A stretch of 64,000 nt of DNA from Nitrospirota bacterium (GTDB lineage Bacteria > Nitrospirota > JACRHJ01), in assembly GCA_963845245.1 (NCBI GenBank), contig CAWJRJ010000014.1, positions 79,134 through 143,133 of the forward strand, given 5' to 3'. The notes beneath the pieces were generated by a model. It saw only the letters and a list, made by a program, of their open reading frames with translations, made no database searches and was not told the DNA's origin. Shown in pieces: positions 41,261 to 51,281 of the stretch. How positions within the stretch are numbered: position 1 is the stretch's first letter; each line of letters starts with the position of its first letter. The position numbers and the translations under genes are program-made.

Positions 41261-42121
41261 ATGTCAGGAAAATCGGCCCTTTCTTTGTTAATCACATTAT
41301 CTCTCTTCTTCGCCGGTTGCGCCGCGTCGAACACCGCCGGAAAACCGGAAGCGGAAAATGTCGATAAAGACAAGGCACAAACAGCCATCGAGGCAAAAGA
41401 CTCCAAGGTAGAGGCAAAGGACAAATATACCAAAGGGCTGATGGCCATGAGCCACGGCAACATGGTAGATGCCGAAAAGTATTTCCTCGAGTCCATAAAG
41501 CTTGACCCCGACCACGTAAGCACGCACATGTTTCTGGCGCGGGCTTATGAAAAACAGAAAAAATATGAAGAGTCCGCCGATCAGTACGAAGCGGCTATGA
41601 AGTTAAAGCCTGAGGACCCGAACCCCTATGCCGGGCTTATAGGCATCTACCTTGAGAAGGGCCTTTCGGACAATGCGATCGCAACCGCCGAGAAAGCCGC
41701 CAAAAAGGGTATACCGATGAGTACGTACGCCGGGAACCTGGGCTGGGCGTATTATATGAAAGGCGACCTTGTTAATGCGGAGAAATATTTAAAGGAAGCG
41801 AAAGAGCAAAGCAAGGACGAGTCCGTCCCGCGGAACAACCTTGGCCTGTTGTATTTCAGGCAAGGCCGTTATGAGGACGCCCTTGCCAATTTCAAGGAGG
41901 CTTCAGAGCTGAACAAGCAGAGTGTCGTGCTCCCATACTTTCTGGCCCTTACCTACAATAAGCTTGGCAAGGATGACGAAGTTGCAAATGCCTTGCGGGA
42001 GGGTTTGAAGAGGGACCCGGACATCGAGAGTAAAGTAAAGTCCTATAAGAGAAGATTTTTTGCAGATGACCCCGGCGACCTTTCGGCCGTATTTAAGAAG
42101 CTTAAGGAAGAGAAGAACTGA
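41261..42121 (+). CDS. TPR-repeat lipoprotein
   Basis: AGGAGG Shine-Dalgarno. Lipobox LFFAGC. Multiple TPR units. Confidence 0.7.
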   Translation: MSGKSALSLLITLSLFFAGCAASNTAGKPEAENVDKDKAQTAIEAKDSKVEAKDKYTKGLMAMSHGNMVDAEKYFLESIKLDPDHVSTHMFLARAYEKQKKYEESADQYEAAMKLKPEDPNPYAGLIGIYLEKGLSDNAIATAEKAAKKGIPMSTYAGNLGWAYYMKGDLVNAEKYLKEAKEQSKDESVPRNNLGLLYFRQGRYEDALANFKEASELNKQSVVLPYFLALTYNKLGKDDEVANALREGLKRDPDIESKVKSYKRRFFADDPGDLSAVFKKLKEEKN

Positions 42122-42127
42122 GGCACC

Positions 42128-42934
42128 TTGAGTTTAGATGTGGCAAAAAAGGGGCCTCTTGCAGGCAGGAAGGTGGTAGTTACCAGGACCGCGGAGCAGG
42201 CGGGCAGCTTTGTCTCGAAGTTGCGGGCAGAAGGCGCAGATGTAATCGAGTTCCCTACCATTGAGACTGTCCCGCCCGAAAATTATTCAAGCATAGATTC
42301 TGCTATAGCACGCCTTCCTCGCTTTGATTACACTATCTTTACCAGCGCCAATGCGTTGAAATATTTTATCTCACGGTTGGAAGAACTAGGGAGGCCGAGC
42401 AGCCTCCTGAGAGAAAGCCGGCTGATTGCGGTCGGGCCCAAGACGGCCCAGGAGATGGCGGCACGCGGACTGAAGCCGGATATTATACCTGAGGAATACA
42501 AGGCTGAAGGCGTCCTGGCGGCGCTTGAGGGCACCGACATCGCCGGCAAAAGTTTTCTTTACCCCAGGGCGCTTGAGGCAAGGGAACTGCTCCCTGAAAA
42601 ATTGAGAGACAGGGGTGCCGAGGTCGTTGTGGCGGTTGCCTACCGTACCGTCGCTCCAAGGGTGGAGCGGGAATACCTTAAAGGTCTTTTTAGCGGGGGA
42701 GTATCCGCTATTACGTTTACAAGTTCTTCGACCGTCAAAAACTTTATGCTCATGGCGGGCGATGATGCGTCGGAGTTGTTGAAGGGGGTGTGCGTGGCCT
42801 GCATAGGCCCCGTGACAGCCAGAACATGTGAGGAGATGGGCGTGGGCGTCGACGTGATGCCGGGTGATTATACCGTTGAAGCCCTCCTCCTCTCTTTAAC
42901 CGGATATTTTGCAAGGAGAAAAGACAATGATTGA
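42128..42934 (+). CDS. hemD: Uroporphyrinogen-III synthase
   Basis: 268 aa with the HEM4 two-lobe pattern (VVVTR...FTSANA...IGPKTA...FTSSSTV), in hem-operon context. Confidence 0.85.
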   Translation: MSLDVAKKGPLAGRKVVVTRTAEQAGSFVSKLRAEGADVIEFPTIETVPPENYSSIDSAIARLPRFDYTIFTSANALKYFISRLEELGRPSSLLRESRLIAVGPKTAQEMAARGLKPDIIPEEYKAEGVLAALEGTDIAGKSFLYPRALEARELLPEKLRDRGAEVVVAVAYRTVAPRVEREYLKGLFSGGVSAITFTSSSTVKNFMLMAGDDASELLKGVCVACIGPVTARTCEEMGVGVDVMPGDYTVEALLLSLTGYFARRKDND

Positions 42935-43274
42935 AGTAAGTGAAAAGGCGTTGGGTGAGTTTAAAAGGGTGCTTTCAGGTGAGGACAGGAAGGGCCTTGG
43001 AATAAAGATAAAGGCGTTCATGTCCGAGTCTTCCTGCTGCTCATGCGGCCCAAGCCAGAGCTATGAGATGGACCTCGTAGAAAAAGGCGAGGCTGGCGAC
43101 CTGTCTGTCGACAAGGGTGGGATTAACTTCTACATGGACCCGGCGAGCGCCGGTCTCATGGAGGGCTTCGAGATAGATTTCATCGACGACCACGGCTTCA
43201 TCGTCAAAGACAACAACGCGGCGCCCTCATGCGGCTGTGGCGGCGGCGAAGGCGGCGGTTCCTGCTGCGGTTAG
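42927..43274 (+). CDS. HesB/IscA-like protein with atypical Cys-rich motifs
   Basis: IscA-like fold pattern (IEVSEKALGEFKRVL...GLGIKIKA...GFEIDFID), but with SSCCSCG and a C-terminal SCGCGGGEGGGSCCG tail. Confidence 0.6.
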   Translation: MIEVSEKALGEFKRVLSGEDRKGLGIKIKAFMSESSCCSCGPSQSYEMDLVEKGEAGDLSVDKGGINFYMDPASAGLMEGFEIDFIDDHGFIVKDNNAAPSCGCGGGEGGGSCCG

Positions 43275-43288
43275 AAAAGGAGCCTATC

Positions 43289-43603
43289 ATGGCAGAGAAG
43301 ACAAACCCTGATGCCCAGCCGGTAGGCCTCACGTTCGAGATAAGGCCTGATGTCGATGGAGGGGTGTACTCGAACGTCGCGAGCATAGTGCATAACCCGA
43401 ACGAGTTCATACTGGACTTTGCCGCCATACTGCCGGGCAAGGAATCGGCTACGGTGCGCGCAAGGGTGATAACCAGCCCGTCCCATGCCAAGCAGTTCCT
43501 TGCCGCCCTGGCCGAGAATATCGCAGGGTATGAGAGGAACTTCGGTGAGATAAAGATGCTTGTGCCTCCACCGGTCATAAAAGGCACGGAGACAATTCAC
43601 TAG
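43289..43603 (+). CDS. DUF3467-like protein
   Basis: 104 aa. GGVYSNVASIVHNPNEFILDF is typical of DUF3467 as I recall it. AAAGGAG Shine-Dalgarno. Confidence 0.5.
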   Translation: MAEKTNPDAQPVGLTFEIRPDVDGGVYSNVASIVHNPNEFILDFAAILPGKESATVRARVITSPSHAKQFLAALAENIAGYERNFGEIKMLVPPPVIKGTETIH

Positions 43604-43624
43604 GCATAGAAGAAGGAGCCAAAC

Positions 43625-44599
43625 ATGTTTTTCCCTTCCTACCGCGCAAGACGCATGAGGTCCTCGGACGCAATGAGGCGGATGGTCCGTGAGACCATTA
43701 TTACGCCAGCGGACTTTGTATATCCGCTCTTCGTCACGCACGGAAAAGGCGTAAAAAAAGAGATATCGTCCATGCCCGGGAACTACCAGCAGTCGGTTGA
43801 CAACATCGTCAAGGACTGCAAGGAGGTCAAGTCCCTGGGTATACCCTCCGTGCTCCTCTTCGGCATCCCTGAGAAAAAGGACGCAAAGGGAAGCGAGGCT
43901 TATGCGGATAACGGGATAGTACAGCAGGCCGTGAAGGCTATAAAAGACGCAGTCCCTGACCTACTCGTCATTACCGATGTTTGTCTTTGTGAGTACACCG
44001 ACCATGGCCATTGCGGCATAGTTAAAGGTGACAAGATACTAAACGACCCGACTGTAGAACTGCTGTGCAAAGAGGCGCTTTCCCATGCCAGGGCTGGCGC
44101 CGACATAGTCGCCCCTTCCGACATGATGGACGGCAGGGTCGGAGCGATAAGGGAGGCCCTTGACGAGAAAGGCTTCGGCGACACGCCGATAATGTCCTAC
44201 GCCGTCAAATACGCCTCATCCTTCTATGGGCCTTTCAGGGAGGCGGCGGAGTCAACTCCCGCCTTCGGCGACAGGAGGAGCCACCAGATGGACCCCGGCA
44301 ATGCCCGCGAGGCCATGAGGGAGGCAGACCTTGATGTTGACGAAGGGGCGGATATATTAATGGTCAAACCGGCGTTGCCGTACCTGGACATTATATACAG
44401 GCTCAGGGAGAACTACGACCTGCCTATCGCGGCCTATAACGTCTCCGGCGAGGTCTCCATGATTATTGCAGCGGAGAAGCTGGGATGGATGGACGGCCAG
44501 CGCGCTATGATGGAGTCGCTTACGTGCATCAAGAGGGCAGGGGCAGACATTATTATCACCTATTTTGCCAAGGAAGCGGCAAAGATCTTAAACAAGTAG
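43625..44599 (+). CDS. hemB: Porphobilinogen synthase (ALA dehydratase), Zn-type
   Basis: Cys-rich metal site [14 protein letters not shown]. Schiff-base lysines in the MVKP and YAVKYAS contexts. Confidence 0.95.
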   Translation: MFFPSYRARRMRSSDAMRRMVRETIITPADFVYPLFVTHGKGVKKEISSMPGNYQQSVDNIVKDCKEVKSLGIPSVLLFGIPEKKDAKGSEAYADNGIVQQAVKAIKDAVPDLLVITDVCLCEYTDHGHCGIVKGDKILNDPTVELLCKEALSHARAGADIVAPSDMMDGRVGAIREALDEKGFGDTPIMSYAVKYASSFYGPFREAAESTPAFGDRRSHQMDPGNAREAMREADLDVDEGADILMVKPALPYLDIIYRLRENYDLPIAAYNVSGEVSMIIAAEKLGWMDGQRAMMESLTCIKRAGADIIITYFAKEAAKILNK

Positions 44600-44604
44600 C
44601 CTGA

Positions 44605-45351
44605 TTGCTTCGAATAGAAACCAACCTTGACGGTAAAAAGGTCAGGTATTACGAGGCCGGCAAGGGAGAGGCTGTCGTACTCCTGCACGGCGCGGGCGCG
44701 ACAGCCCGACTCTGGCGGAAGCAGATGGGCCCTCTTTCAGGGCTATTTAGGGTCATTGCGCCTGACCTGCCGGGATTTGGCGGCACCGATGTCTTTCCGG
44801 AAACCAAAGACGTTAAGGGTTATGCCGGTTTTATTGCAGCATTCCTTGAGAATGCAGGAATATGCCGGGCCTCGCTCATCGGTAGTTCCATGGGCGGCTG
44901 GGTAGCATGCTGGTTCGCGTTGCTTTATCCCGAGAAAATCAACAAGCTGGTACTTGTATCGCCTGCCGGGGCATATCAGCCTGAGGACCCCCCGATGTCC
45001 ATTCAACGCCTTCTGGAAGAGATAAGACTTTGGCATGGTTCTGCGGGGGTAGCTCAGAACGAGGGCGCTACGAATGAGCTTGAAAAGGGACTTGCTACGG
45101 TCAAACGACTGTACGAGAGCGGTGGGATGGAGCCTGATCTTGCAGGAAACCTGTCGAAGATAAAGGCTAATACACTTGTTATCTGGGGCGATGAAGACAG
45201 GGTCATACCCGTGTCCTATTCAGAGACTTTCAGTGTCGGCATAAAATACTCCAGGGTAGATATAATAAAGGGTGCAGGCCATCTCCCCTATGCGGAGAAG
45301 CCTGACATCTTTAATAAAATAGTGTCGGATTTTTTAAAGGAAGCGTCCTAG
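44605..45351 (+). CDS. Alpha/beta-fold hydrolase
   Basis: HG oxyanion motif (LLHGAG), nucleophile elbow GSSMGG and a C-terminal GAGH histidine. Confidence 0.75.
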   Translation: MLRIETNLDGKKVRYYEAGKGEAVVLLHGAGATARLWRKQMGPLSGLFRVIAPDLPGFGGTDVFPETKDVKGYAGFIAAFLENAGICRASLIGSSMGGWVACWFALLYPEKINKLVLVSPAGAYQPEDPPMSIQRLLEEIRLWHGSAGVAQNEGATNELEKGLATVKRLYESGGMEPDLAGNLSKIKANTLVIWGDEDRVIPVSYSETFSVGIKYSRVDIIKGAGHLPYAEKPDIFNKIVSDFLKEAS

Positions 45352-45361
45352 GAGCGTTCAG

Positions 45362-45745
45362 GTGATAAAAGTATTTTTGGTGGACGACAGCCCGATTGTC
45401 ACTAACCTTGTCTCGGGTTATCTTAAAGGCCGCGGTTTCAGCGTGAGTACCTTTAACAGCCCGTTCGGCGTCATCAATAAATTAAAAGATGCAAGGCCGC
45501 ATGTCATACTCATGGACCTGGGACTCCCGGGCCTGAGAGGGGATAAGCTCATAGACCTCTGCAAAAAAGAGAAGGAGACATGCGACTGCCGTATAATATT
45601 GTTCTCGTCCTCCGATGACCAGGAGATGAAAGACCTGGTGGATAAGGGCATCGCCCACGATTATTTTGTCAAGGGCGGCGCCTTGAAGGAGCTGGAAGAC
45701 AAGATTATAGCGCAGGCAGGCACGGTGCAGGAGAAAAAGAAGTAA
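45362..45745 (+). CDS. Stand-alone response-regulator receiver domain protein
   Basis: CheY-like: DD at the N-terminus, phospho-acceptor ILMDLGLPG, conserved S and K positions. No output domain. Confidence 0.8.
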   Translation: MIKVFLVDDSPIVTNLVSGYLKGRGFSVSTFNSPFGVINKLKDARPHVILMDLGLPGLRGDKLIDLCKKEKETCDCRIILFSSSDDQEMKDLVDKGIAHDYFVKGGALKELEDKIIAQAGTVQEKKK

Positions 45746-46318
45746 GTGTCCATCCCGAAGATCATCCTCGCATCAGCCTCCCCCAGAAGGACAGAACTGC
45801 TTGGTCTCGCCGGCATAGATCATATTATCGATCCGGCCGACGTTGACGAATCCCTCCTTCCGGACGAGGATGCCGCCGAATACGCCAAAAGGATAGCCCT
45901 TGTCAAGGCTATAAAGACAGCTGAGAGGCATGCTTCCGGCCTGGTGCTTGGTGCTGACACCATAGTCGTTGTCGAGGGCGAGGTCCTGGGCAAGCCAGCT
46001 TCACGCGAAGATGCCGCCAGGATGCTCCAGCTTATTTCAGGGAGGGAGCATGAGGTCATAACCTCTATCGCCCTGGTGGATGCACAGACCGGACGGAGCA
46101 AGGTAGGGCTTGAAGTCACGGAGGTCAAGGTGAAAGTTCTTACCGCAGACGATATCGAAGAGTATCTGGAGACCGGAGAGGCGTTCGACAAGGCCGGCGC
46201 ATATGGCATTCAGGGCAGGGCCTCGGTGTTTGTCGAAGGTATACGGGGCTGTTTTTTCAACGTTGTCGGCCTGCCTCTTGCCAGGCTTGACAGGATGATC
46301 AAAGAATTTCAAACATGA
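45746..46318 (+). CDS. maf: Maf-family nucleoside triphosphate pyrophosphatase
   Basis: ILASASPRRTELL, GADTIVV, KAGAYGIQG. Confidence 0.9.
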   Translation: MSIPKIILASASPRRTELLGLAGIDHIIDPADVDESLLPDEDAAEYAKRIALVKAIKTAERHASGLVLGADTIVVVEGEVLGKPASREDAARMLQLISGREHEVITSIALVDAQTGRSKVGLEVTEVKVKVLTADDIEEYLETGEAFDKAGAYGIQGRASVFVEGIRGCFFNVVGLPLARLDRMIKEFQT

Positions 46319-47328
46319 ATGCCGCAGTATTTGGAATAACGCCCTTTGGCTGCACGATAGCCTGCATGTTAATGGACGCAGGGGTTGATGTGGCTCTTAT
46401 AGGGCCTGCCGCCAAGGTTGCCCAGGTCAAGCAGTCCGGTGTTACGGTCCGCCAGACCTGGGACGGTAAAGTAATTACCGCATACGTACCTGCCTTTGCA
46501 AGCCTTGATTTTGCCCCTGAGATTGCAATATTTGCAACAAAGACCCAGGATACCCTTGCTGCTGCAACCGCAGCGTCACCATGGCTTTCCAACTCAATAA
46601 TAGCCACGGTGCAATACGGGACAAAGATCGAGCAGCTCGTTGCCAGGGTATTACCCAGAGACAATATCGTAACCTGTGTGCTTACCATGGGCGCGAACTG
46701 TCACCGTGCAGGAGACGTTACGCTCAACTTCAAGGGCGACATGGTCATAGGGAAGGCCTACGGCGCGACGGATGAGAAGGTTGACAGGCTTATCGAAGTA
46801 ATGGGCAGGATACTAACCGTCCACAAGGGCGCAAAAATCGCCCATTTCAACTGTACCAGGCTGTTGTTGAACCTTCCATATTGCATCCCGGCCATAATCG
46901 GAGAAAAGGTCCAAACCGCTTTTGCCGACATCGAAATATCGAAGGTGGCCATACTCCTGCTGCAGGAAGGGATAAAGGTGATTGAAGAGGCCGAGGTCCA
47001 TATAGAAAACCTCCCGGATTTCAGCGAGGCTTCACTTAAGACTCTCCTCGCTGCCCCTCTCGACGAGGCGGCAGTCCATTTCGGCGAGCTTGTGAGGCTG
47101 ATGAGCAAGACCCCTTGCGAAGGGCCGGTACTCGGTAGCATTGAGCACGGCGAAGTCTCTGAGATAGATTACCAGAACGGCGAGGTTGTGAAGATTGCGG
47201 ATGTCCTCGGTTTTCCAACACCACTGAATTCGCTAATGGTCGAGCTGGTACATGAGCTTGAAAACACCAATAAATTCATTTCGAAACAACATTTCCTGTC
47301 CAAAGTTTCAGAACGCCTGCAGAAATAG
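46315..47328 (+). CDS. Ketopantoate reductase (PanE/ApbA) family protein
   Basis: ApbA-like N-terminal domain with the TK(T)QD lysine, and C-terminal SEIDYQNGEVVKIADVLGFPTPLN. The Rossmann glycine motif is degenerate. Confidence 0.6.
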   Translation: MNAAVFGITPFGCTIACMLMDAGVDVALIGPAAKVAQVKQSGVTVRQTWDGKVITAYVPAFASLDFAPEIAIFATKTQDTLAAATAASPWLSNSIIATVQYGTKIEQLVARVLPRDNIVTCVLTMGANCHRAGDVTLNFKGDMVIGKAYGATDEKVDRLIEVMGRILTVHKGAKIAHFNCTRLLLNLPYCIPAIIGEKVQTAFADIEISKVAILLLQEGIKVIEEAEVHIENLPDFSEASLKTLLAAPLDEAAVHFGELVRLMSKTPCEGPVLGSIEHGEVSEIDYQNGEVVKIADVLGFPTPLNSLMVELVHELENTNKFISKQHFLSKVSERLQK

Positions 47329-47389
47329 GCAAACCGTCCTCTCTCAAACGAAATATCTGAACTCTTACGGCATTAGCGGGTATTTTGGC

Positions 47390-48619
47390 TTAAAGGATGA
47401 AAACCTGCGCCAGCGCGACAACCAGCACAATCCCTTCCGGAATGAGCATTATCCGGAAAATGGGCCACAGGTCTGATTTGAAGTAGTCCTTGGTAAGCAC
47501 GAGGCAGAGGTGGACCGGAGAGAACATAAGTCCGGCAAAACCTGAGGCGAACGCGAAGGCGAGCATAGGCAGGTCCGGGTGCGCACCTCCGATAAGCGGC
47601 AGTATCATGGGGAAGGTTACGCCGACGAACGCGAGGGTGATCCCGGTTATCAGCCCGACGAGGAAGGGCAACAGGAATATTATCACCAGCACGGGCACGC
47701 CAGCCTGCTGAAAGAACTGCGGCAGGTGGTCGACCGCTCCGGACTTTGTCATCACTCCCCTGAATATCTCGACGCCCAAAACAAGCAGAAGCGTCTTGTA
47801 AGAGAGGCTTTCTTTAAGGGTTTCCCTGATCTTTGCCACAGGATACCGAAAATAAAGAAATAATCCGGTTACCACGATAACCAGCGCAATGGCGATATCA
47901 ACCTTCAGAAGCATTACGAGCAGCATGACTATAAGTATGGGACTGAAGCTGACAGCCGCGTTCAAAAAGTCGGCCTGCCTGCCCTTTCTAGAGGGTACTG
48001 CCTTGCCCGCACGGATATCCTTGAAGCCATAAAGTGCGCCAGTCACCAGGACGGTTGCAGGGAATGCAGCCTGGTACAGGAACAGCCGTCCCATCGGGAC
48101 GTTCGTTATCGCGGCCATCATTATAAAACCCGGATAAAGCGGCGATATATACTCCCATATATGCCTGAACCAGTAGTTAATGAAACTCATACGTTCAGGT
48201 TTAATATGTGAGCCATCCGCAGAGGCCTCTACCATCGGTGCTGAGAAGAAAGCTCCGCCCGCCGAAGGCAGTATCCCGATAATGGCAGGCATGAGAGCCA
48301 TGACTGCTCGCTGGTCGCCTATGAGGCCCTTGAATGATTCCACGAGTTTTTTTAGCGTCTCTGTCTTTCTGAGTATGTTTTCCAAGACCATTATCAGAGC
48401 CAGAGCGATTATCAGGGAGACGGCGGTCTTATCCATAGCCGCGTGCAGTGCAGTCCTCAGGATGTCAAGGGGGGCCAACCCCATCAGGAGGCCAAGTGCG
48501 GCCGCTCCGATAAGCATTACTCCGCCGAGGTTCCATTTTAGCTGTAAGAGCCGGATTATAAGGATGAATACGAGGAGTATCTTGATGAGGTCAAACAACG
48601 TCAGGCCTCTCCAGGTCAT
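47390..48619 (-). CDS. DUF401-family polytopic membrane protein (putative transporter)
   Basis: 409 aa, about 11 TM helices. MPAIIGILPSAGGAFFSAPMVE resembles DUF401 as I recall it. Confidence 0.6.
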   Translation of the reverse strand: MTWRGLTLFDLIKILLVFILIIRLLQLKWNLGGVMLIGAAALGLLMGLAPLDILRTALHAAMDKTAVSLIIALALIMVLENILRKTETLKKLVESFKGLIGDQRAVMALMPAIIGILPSAGGAFFSAPMVEASADGSHIKPERMSFINYWFRHIWEYISPLYPGFIMMAAITNVPMGRLFLYQAAFPATVLVTGALYGFKDIRAGKAVPSRKGRQADFLNAAVSFSPILIVMLLVMLLKVDIAIALVIVVTGLFLYFRYPVAKIRETLKESLSYKTLLLVLGVEIFRGVMTKSGAVDHLPQFFQQAGVPVLVIIFLLPFLVGLITGITLAFVGVTFPMILPLIGGAHPDLPMLAFAFASGFAGLMFSPVHLCLVLTKDYFKSDLWPIFRIMLIPEGIVLVVALAQVFIL

Positions 48620-49682
48620 GGAACTGCACGACCTGGTCCTTTCCGAGCCTCTTTGCCTTATACAGGGCCTTGTCAGCCCTCTTTATGAGGTCAAGCCTTT
48701 TTGTGGCGTCTTTTGGGTATTCAGCCACGCCGACGCTGATGGTGAGGGGCGCTTTTTTGCGCATGAGAGAGGCGGACTTTATCTTGACCTGCTTCCGTAT
48801 GCGTTGCGCCATCAGGGACGCCTGCTCAGACGCGACCCTTGGAAGTATGACTGCGAACTCTTCCCCGCCATATCTGGCCGGTGTGTCGGAATCCCGTATA
48901 GAAGCCGTAAATATATCGGCAAGCTTCTGAAGTACCTTGTCTCCGAAAGTATGCCCGAATTTGTCGTTTATGCATTTAAAGTCGTCGATGTCGATCATCA
49001 GGAGTGAGAATGTCTCTTTGTGTCTTGATGAACGGGATATCTCCTTCTCTAGCTGTTCCTGAAAGTGGCGGTGGTTATAAAGGCCGGTAAGCCCGTCAGT
49101 AAACGCCATCTTTCTGGTATTCTCATGCAGCCTTGCGTGGTCGATGCTCATAGCCGCGAATGAGGATAGTATGGAGAGAAGGTTCAGCTGGCTTTTCTCA
49201 AACTTCCTCGGAGAGAAGTCGTCCACATAGAGGATGCCGATGATGTCGTCCTTGAAGGCAAGCGGGACGCAGACTATGGATTTAATACCCTCTTTCAGGG
49301 CGAGAGGGTTGGTGAAAAACTTTTTATTGGTAGTGTCGTTTATGACCGTCGGCTTGTTGGATTTCAGTATCCTGTCGGTAAGCCCGCCCGGCCTGACCCT
49401 CCAGACGGTATTTCCGATAAAGTCCTGGCTCAGCCCCCTGTGTGCATGGAGTTCGAGTTCCTGGGTATCCTTCTTGTAAAGCGCGATGCTTCCGGCGCTT
49501 GTGTCGGTCAATTTCATCGCGCTTTTGAGTATAGCTTCGAGGACCTGGTCCATTTCAAGGGTGGAAACTACGAGCCGGGCGACTTCAAGCAGGTCGATAA
49601 GGTCCTGCACGTTGCTGCTCTGAATATCAGACGTTGGCACTTTTAGGTTCCTCATCGGGGAAGACTGCGTTGACAAGCTCAA
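48591..49682 (-). CDS. GAF-domain diguanylate cyclase (GGDEF)
   Basis: N-terminal GAF and C-terminal GGDEF domain with an intact RYGGEEF active site. Confidence 0.85.
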   Translation of the reverse strand: MSLSTQSSPMRNLKVPTSDIQSSNVQDLIDLLEVARLVVSTLEMDQVLEAILKSAMKLTDTSAGSIALYKKDTQELELHAHRGLSQDFIGNTVWRVRPGGLTDRILKSNKPTVINDTTNKKFFTNPLALKEGIKSIVCVPLAFKDDIIGILYVDDFSPRKFEKSQLNLLSILSSFAAMSIDHARLHENTRKMAFTDGLTGLYNHRHFQEQLEKEISRSSRHKETFSLLMIDIDDFKCINDKFGHTFGDKVLQKLADIFTASIRDSDTPARYGGEEFAVILPRVASEQASLMAQRIRKQVKIKSASLMRKKAPLTISVGVAEYPKDATKRLDLIKRADKALYKAKRLGKDQVVQFHDLERPDVV

Positions 49683-51228
49683 GAAATATATCTACTACGT
49701 TCGGGTCGAACTGGTTACCCCTGCCTTGCAAAAACTCTTTTTTTACCACGTCCATCGGGAGCGCCTTCCGGTAAGGTCTGTCAGAGCTCATGGCGTGGAA
49801 TGCGTCCGCTACTGAAAGTATCCTAGCGCCTAAGGGGATTTCCTCGCCTTTCAATCCCGCAGGGTAGCCGGAACCGTCGTAGTGTTCGTGGTGGCAGCTT
49901 ATTACCTGTCGGCTCTCTTCCAGGTAGAACGTGTGTTTAAGGATATGTTCAGCTTCTTCGATGTGCGTCTTTATTTTTTCGTACTCGCCCTTTGTAAGTT
50001 TCCCTTTCTTGTTCAGGATGGGCTCTGGTATGCCTATTTTGCCTATGTCATGCAAAAGGGCTGCAATCTCGAGGTCCTCTTTTTCCTTGTGAGAAAGTCC
50101 AAGCTGGTCCGCTATCATGCCGCAGAGAGACTCTACGCCGTCCGAATGGCCCTTTGTATACGGGTCCTTTGACTCCAATACTGCGGAGAGGACCTTGACT
50201 GTTGACAGGTATGCTATCTTTGACTCATTGTAATAGCGTGCCTTTTCTATAGCGATTGCCACAAGGTTGGAATAATTGACCAGTGCTTCGAGCTGTTCGG
50301 ACGTAAACGGCTTCCCGTCGTGGCGCTGGGTGAAATTCAGGACGCCGATGGTGGATACGCTTTTTAGGGCTACGTTTAAGGCGTAGGGCGTCTGATATTT
50401 CAGGTTAAGCGGGACCACTATAAACGACCCAGGCTTGTTGAGTATTTTGAAACGCCGGTCTTTTGTACCGTCCTTGACGCTTTTTATTAATACTGGCTCT
50501 CCCGTCTTCCACACATAACCGGAAACGCTTTCCCCGAGGAGTCTCCTCTCGCCAACAATTTTGCGGTCGGTGCTCTCCTTTACTACGAGGCAGTGGCTGC
50601 CGTCTGGGTCTTTCTCCACAAGCATGAGAGATGCCTCGCGGCAATCTAGAATGCCTGCACCCTTTTCAATGACAAGCCTGTATATGTCTGCAAGCGAGTT
50701 TGTCTGGTTTATTTCCCGTATTATCTCGTTTACGAGCAGGACGCCTTTATTCTGGCGCTCCAGTTTGAGCGCGATACCGCAGTATTCGGCAAGCATCTCC
50801 GCAAGCTTGAGGTCTTTACGGGTGAATTTTCCACCGCCGGTCCTGTTGTTGATGTTCAGTACGGCTATCGCAACAGATTCTTCTAGAATAGGTACTATAA
50901 GAGAGCTGCTGTACTTAGCGGAGTCAGTCTCAACCTTTATGCCAGGAAAATCTTTTTTAAGCTGCGCGAGGTCGTTTATTATGATAGGTTTCCCGGTCTT
51001 GGCAACCATGCCGGACACGCTATGCCCCAGCTTGACCTTCGTATTTTTTACAATGCCCTTTGAAAGGGGGTCGGAATTCAGAGAGGCTGCCGCCTTTATC
51101 TTGAGGACTTTCTCCGTACTGTTTACGACCATCAGCGAGCCGTTCTCGGCCTTGAGGTCCTTAAGCGCTTTCAGCAGAAGGTTCTCAACCCCGTCTATAA
51201 ACCTGTCCAGTGCATAAAGTTTGACCAT
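49627..51228 (-). CDS. Tandem-GAF HD-GYP phosphodiesterase
   Basis: Two GAF domains, then an HD-GYP domain (GHSDGV, LLHDIGK, HHEHYDGSGYP). Confidence 0.85.
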   Translation of the reverse strand: MVKLYALDRFIDGVENLLLKALKDLKAENGSLMVVNSTEKVLKIKAAASLNSDPLSKGIVKNTKVKLGHSVSGMVAKTGKPIIINDLAQLKKDFPGIKVETDSAKYSSSLIVPILEESVAIAVLNINNRTGGGKFTRKDLKLAEMLAEYCGIALKLERQNKGVLLVNEIIREINQTNSLADIYRLVIEKGAGILDCREASLMLVEKDPDGSHCLVVKESTDRKIVGERRLLGESVSGYVWKTGEPVLIKSVKDGTKDRRFKILNKPGSFIVVPLNLKYQTPYALNVALKSVSTIGVLNFTQRHDGKPFTSEQLEALVNYSNLVAIAIEKARYYNESKIAYLSTVKVLSAVLESKDPYTKGHSDGVESLCGMIADQLGLSHKEKEDLEIAALLHDIGKIGIPEPILNKKGKLTKGEYEKIKTHIEEAEHILKHTFYLEESRQVISCHHEHYDGSGYPAGLKGEEIPLGARILSVADAFHAMSSDRPYRKALPMDVVKKEFLQGRGNQFDPNVVDIFLELVNAVFPDEEPKSANV

Positions 51229-51281
51229 CTGCTATCCTTGGTTAAATAAATGAATGATTATAAAATATTATAATATATTAA

